Shown here: positions 63,560 through 64,000 of the stretch, one piece after another
How the letters are laid out: each line of letters starts with the position of its first letter
How positions within the stretch are numbered: the stretch's first letter is position 1
NCBI GenBank assembly: GCA_964344235.1
Contig: CAYFMJ010000001.1
Coordinates: forward strand, 64,001-128,000
Source: an uncultured Methanosarcinales archaeon
GTDB taxonomy: Archaea; Nanobdellota; Nanobdellia; Woesearchaeales; GW2011-AR9
Reading direction: 5' to 3'
Length of the DNA: 64,000 bases
The notes under the pieces: generated by a model
What the model saw: only the letters and a program-made list of their open reading frames with translations
The model's database searches: none
What the model was told of the DNA's origin: nothing
Translations under genes and position numbers: made by a program

Positions 63560-64000
63560 AGCGTAGTACTTTCACCTCTCTCGTTTTAAGGTTGACTGCT
63601 GGTACTCTTGATGGTTCGGGATCGTGACCGAGCTTTTCCTGAAAGGAAGTCATGCCCTGCCAACAACTACCACAAATCATTGTGACCCCTTTGTAGTTAG
63701 CAACAGTAGAATAATGAATGTGACCCGTAATAAGGAAATCCGGGATCTGTTTGATTAGCAATGGATCTTCTTTGTGGGAAGGGTAGTAAGGCGTTGATTT
63801 AAATGAGGGAGCGAGGTGCCTGCGTTTAAGAAGAAATTTCATAATTAAATCAGAGCGGTGATAACCTCCGTTCATTCGAATTGATTCAACATTAGCAACA
63901 TAGTAGTCAAAACTGAAGCCGTGGTATAATAAAATGTTGAAGCCTTCGAAGTCTTTTGTTTTGCCGATATTAACGTAGGAAGGATTTGTAACGAGAGTGG
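63552..64000 (-). CDS. polB: DNA polymerase D small subunit DP1, C-terminal part (truncated by window edge)
   Basis: Open frame to window end: NPSYVNI, YHG.SFD, RRHLAPS, PD..ITGHIH, GSCWQ..T.FQ; overlaps DP2 start. Confidence 0.92.
   Translation of the reverse strand, partial: TLVTNPSYVNIGKTKDFEGFNILLYHGFSFDYYVANVESIRMNGGYHRSDLIMKFLLKRRHLAPSFKSTPYYPSHKEDPLLIKQIPDFLITGHIHYSTVANYKGVTMICGSCWQGMTSFQEKLGHDPEPSRVPAVNLKTREVKVLRFG

Noticed and set aside
1-64000. CRISPR array, cas genes, IS elements, integrase or prophage
   Set aside because: No regularly spaced direct repeats, transposase or integrase motifs, terminal inverted repeats or virion genes were seen.

Overview
Archaeal chromosomal segment, most likely a DPANN lineage such as Woesearchaeota. 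Support: PolD DP1/DP2, PCNA, TFE, Hjc, Hef, aIF-2beta, Rpo12 and eL43, together with gyrase A and few biosynthetic genes. The window is gene-dense housekeeping DNA with no CRISPR, IS element or prophage that I could support. Main observations: (1) All three tRNA genes (Cys-GCA, Leu-CAA, Pro-TGG) are interrupted, with six bulge-helix-bulge (BHB)-type introns, five at non-canonical positions. tRNA-Leu has three introns and a 7-nt anticodon exon. (2) Three apparently free-standing LAGLIDADG endonuclease genes are present; two lie directly beside the multi-intron tRNAs. (3) A 15-nt motif (YYACTNSACAACMAC) sits 9 or 5 nt upstream of the TATA box of both complete LAGLIDADG genes, hef, gyrA and pcn, suggesting an uncharacterised DNA-metabolism regulon. 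(4) Two membrane-anchored winged-helix regulators with a Cys-pair loop each head a metal/thiol-redox gene module. (5) Unusual fusions: AsnB-Dph6, TFE with a histone-H1-like tail, and CotH with PGF-pre-PGF. (6) An unexplained ~100-nt structured GC-rich element lies at 46.5 kb. All product calls come from motif recognition by eye, not database searches.
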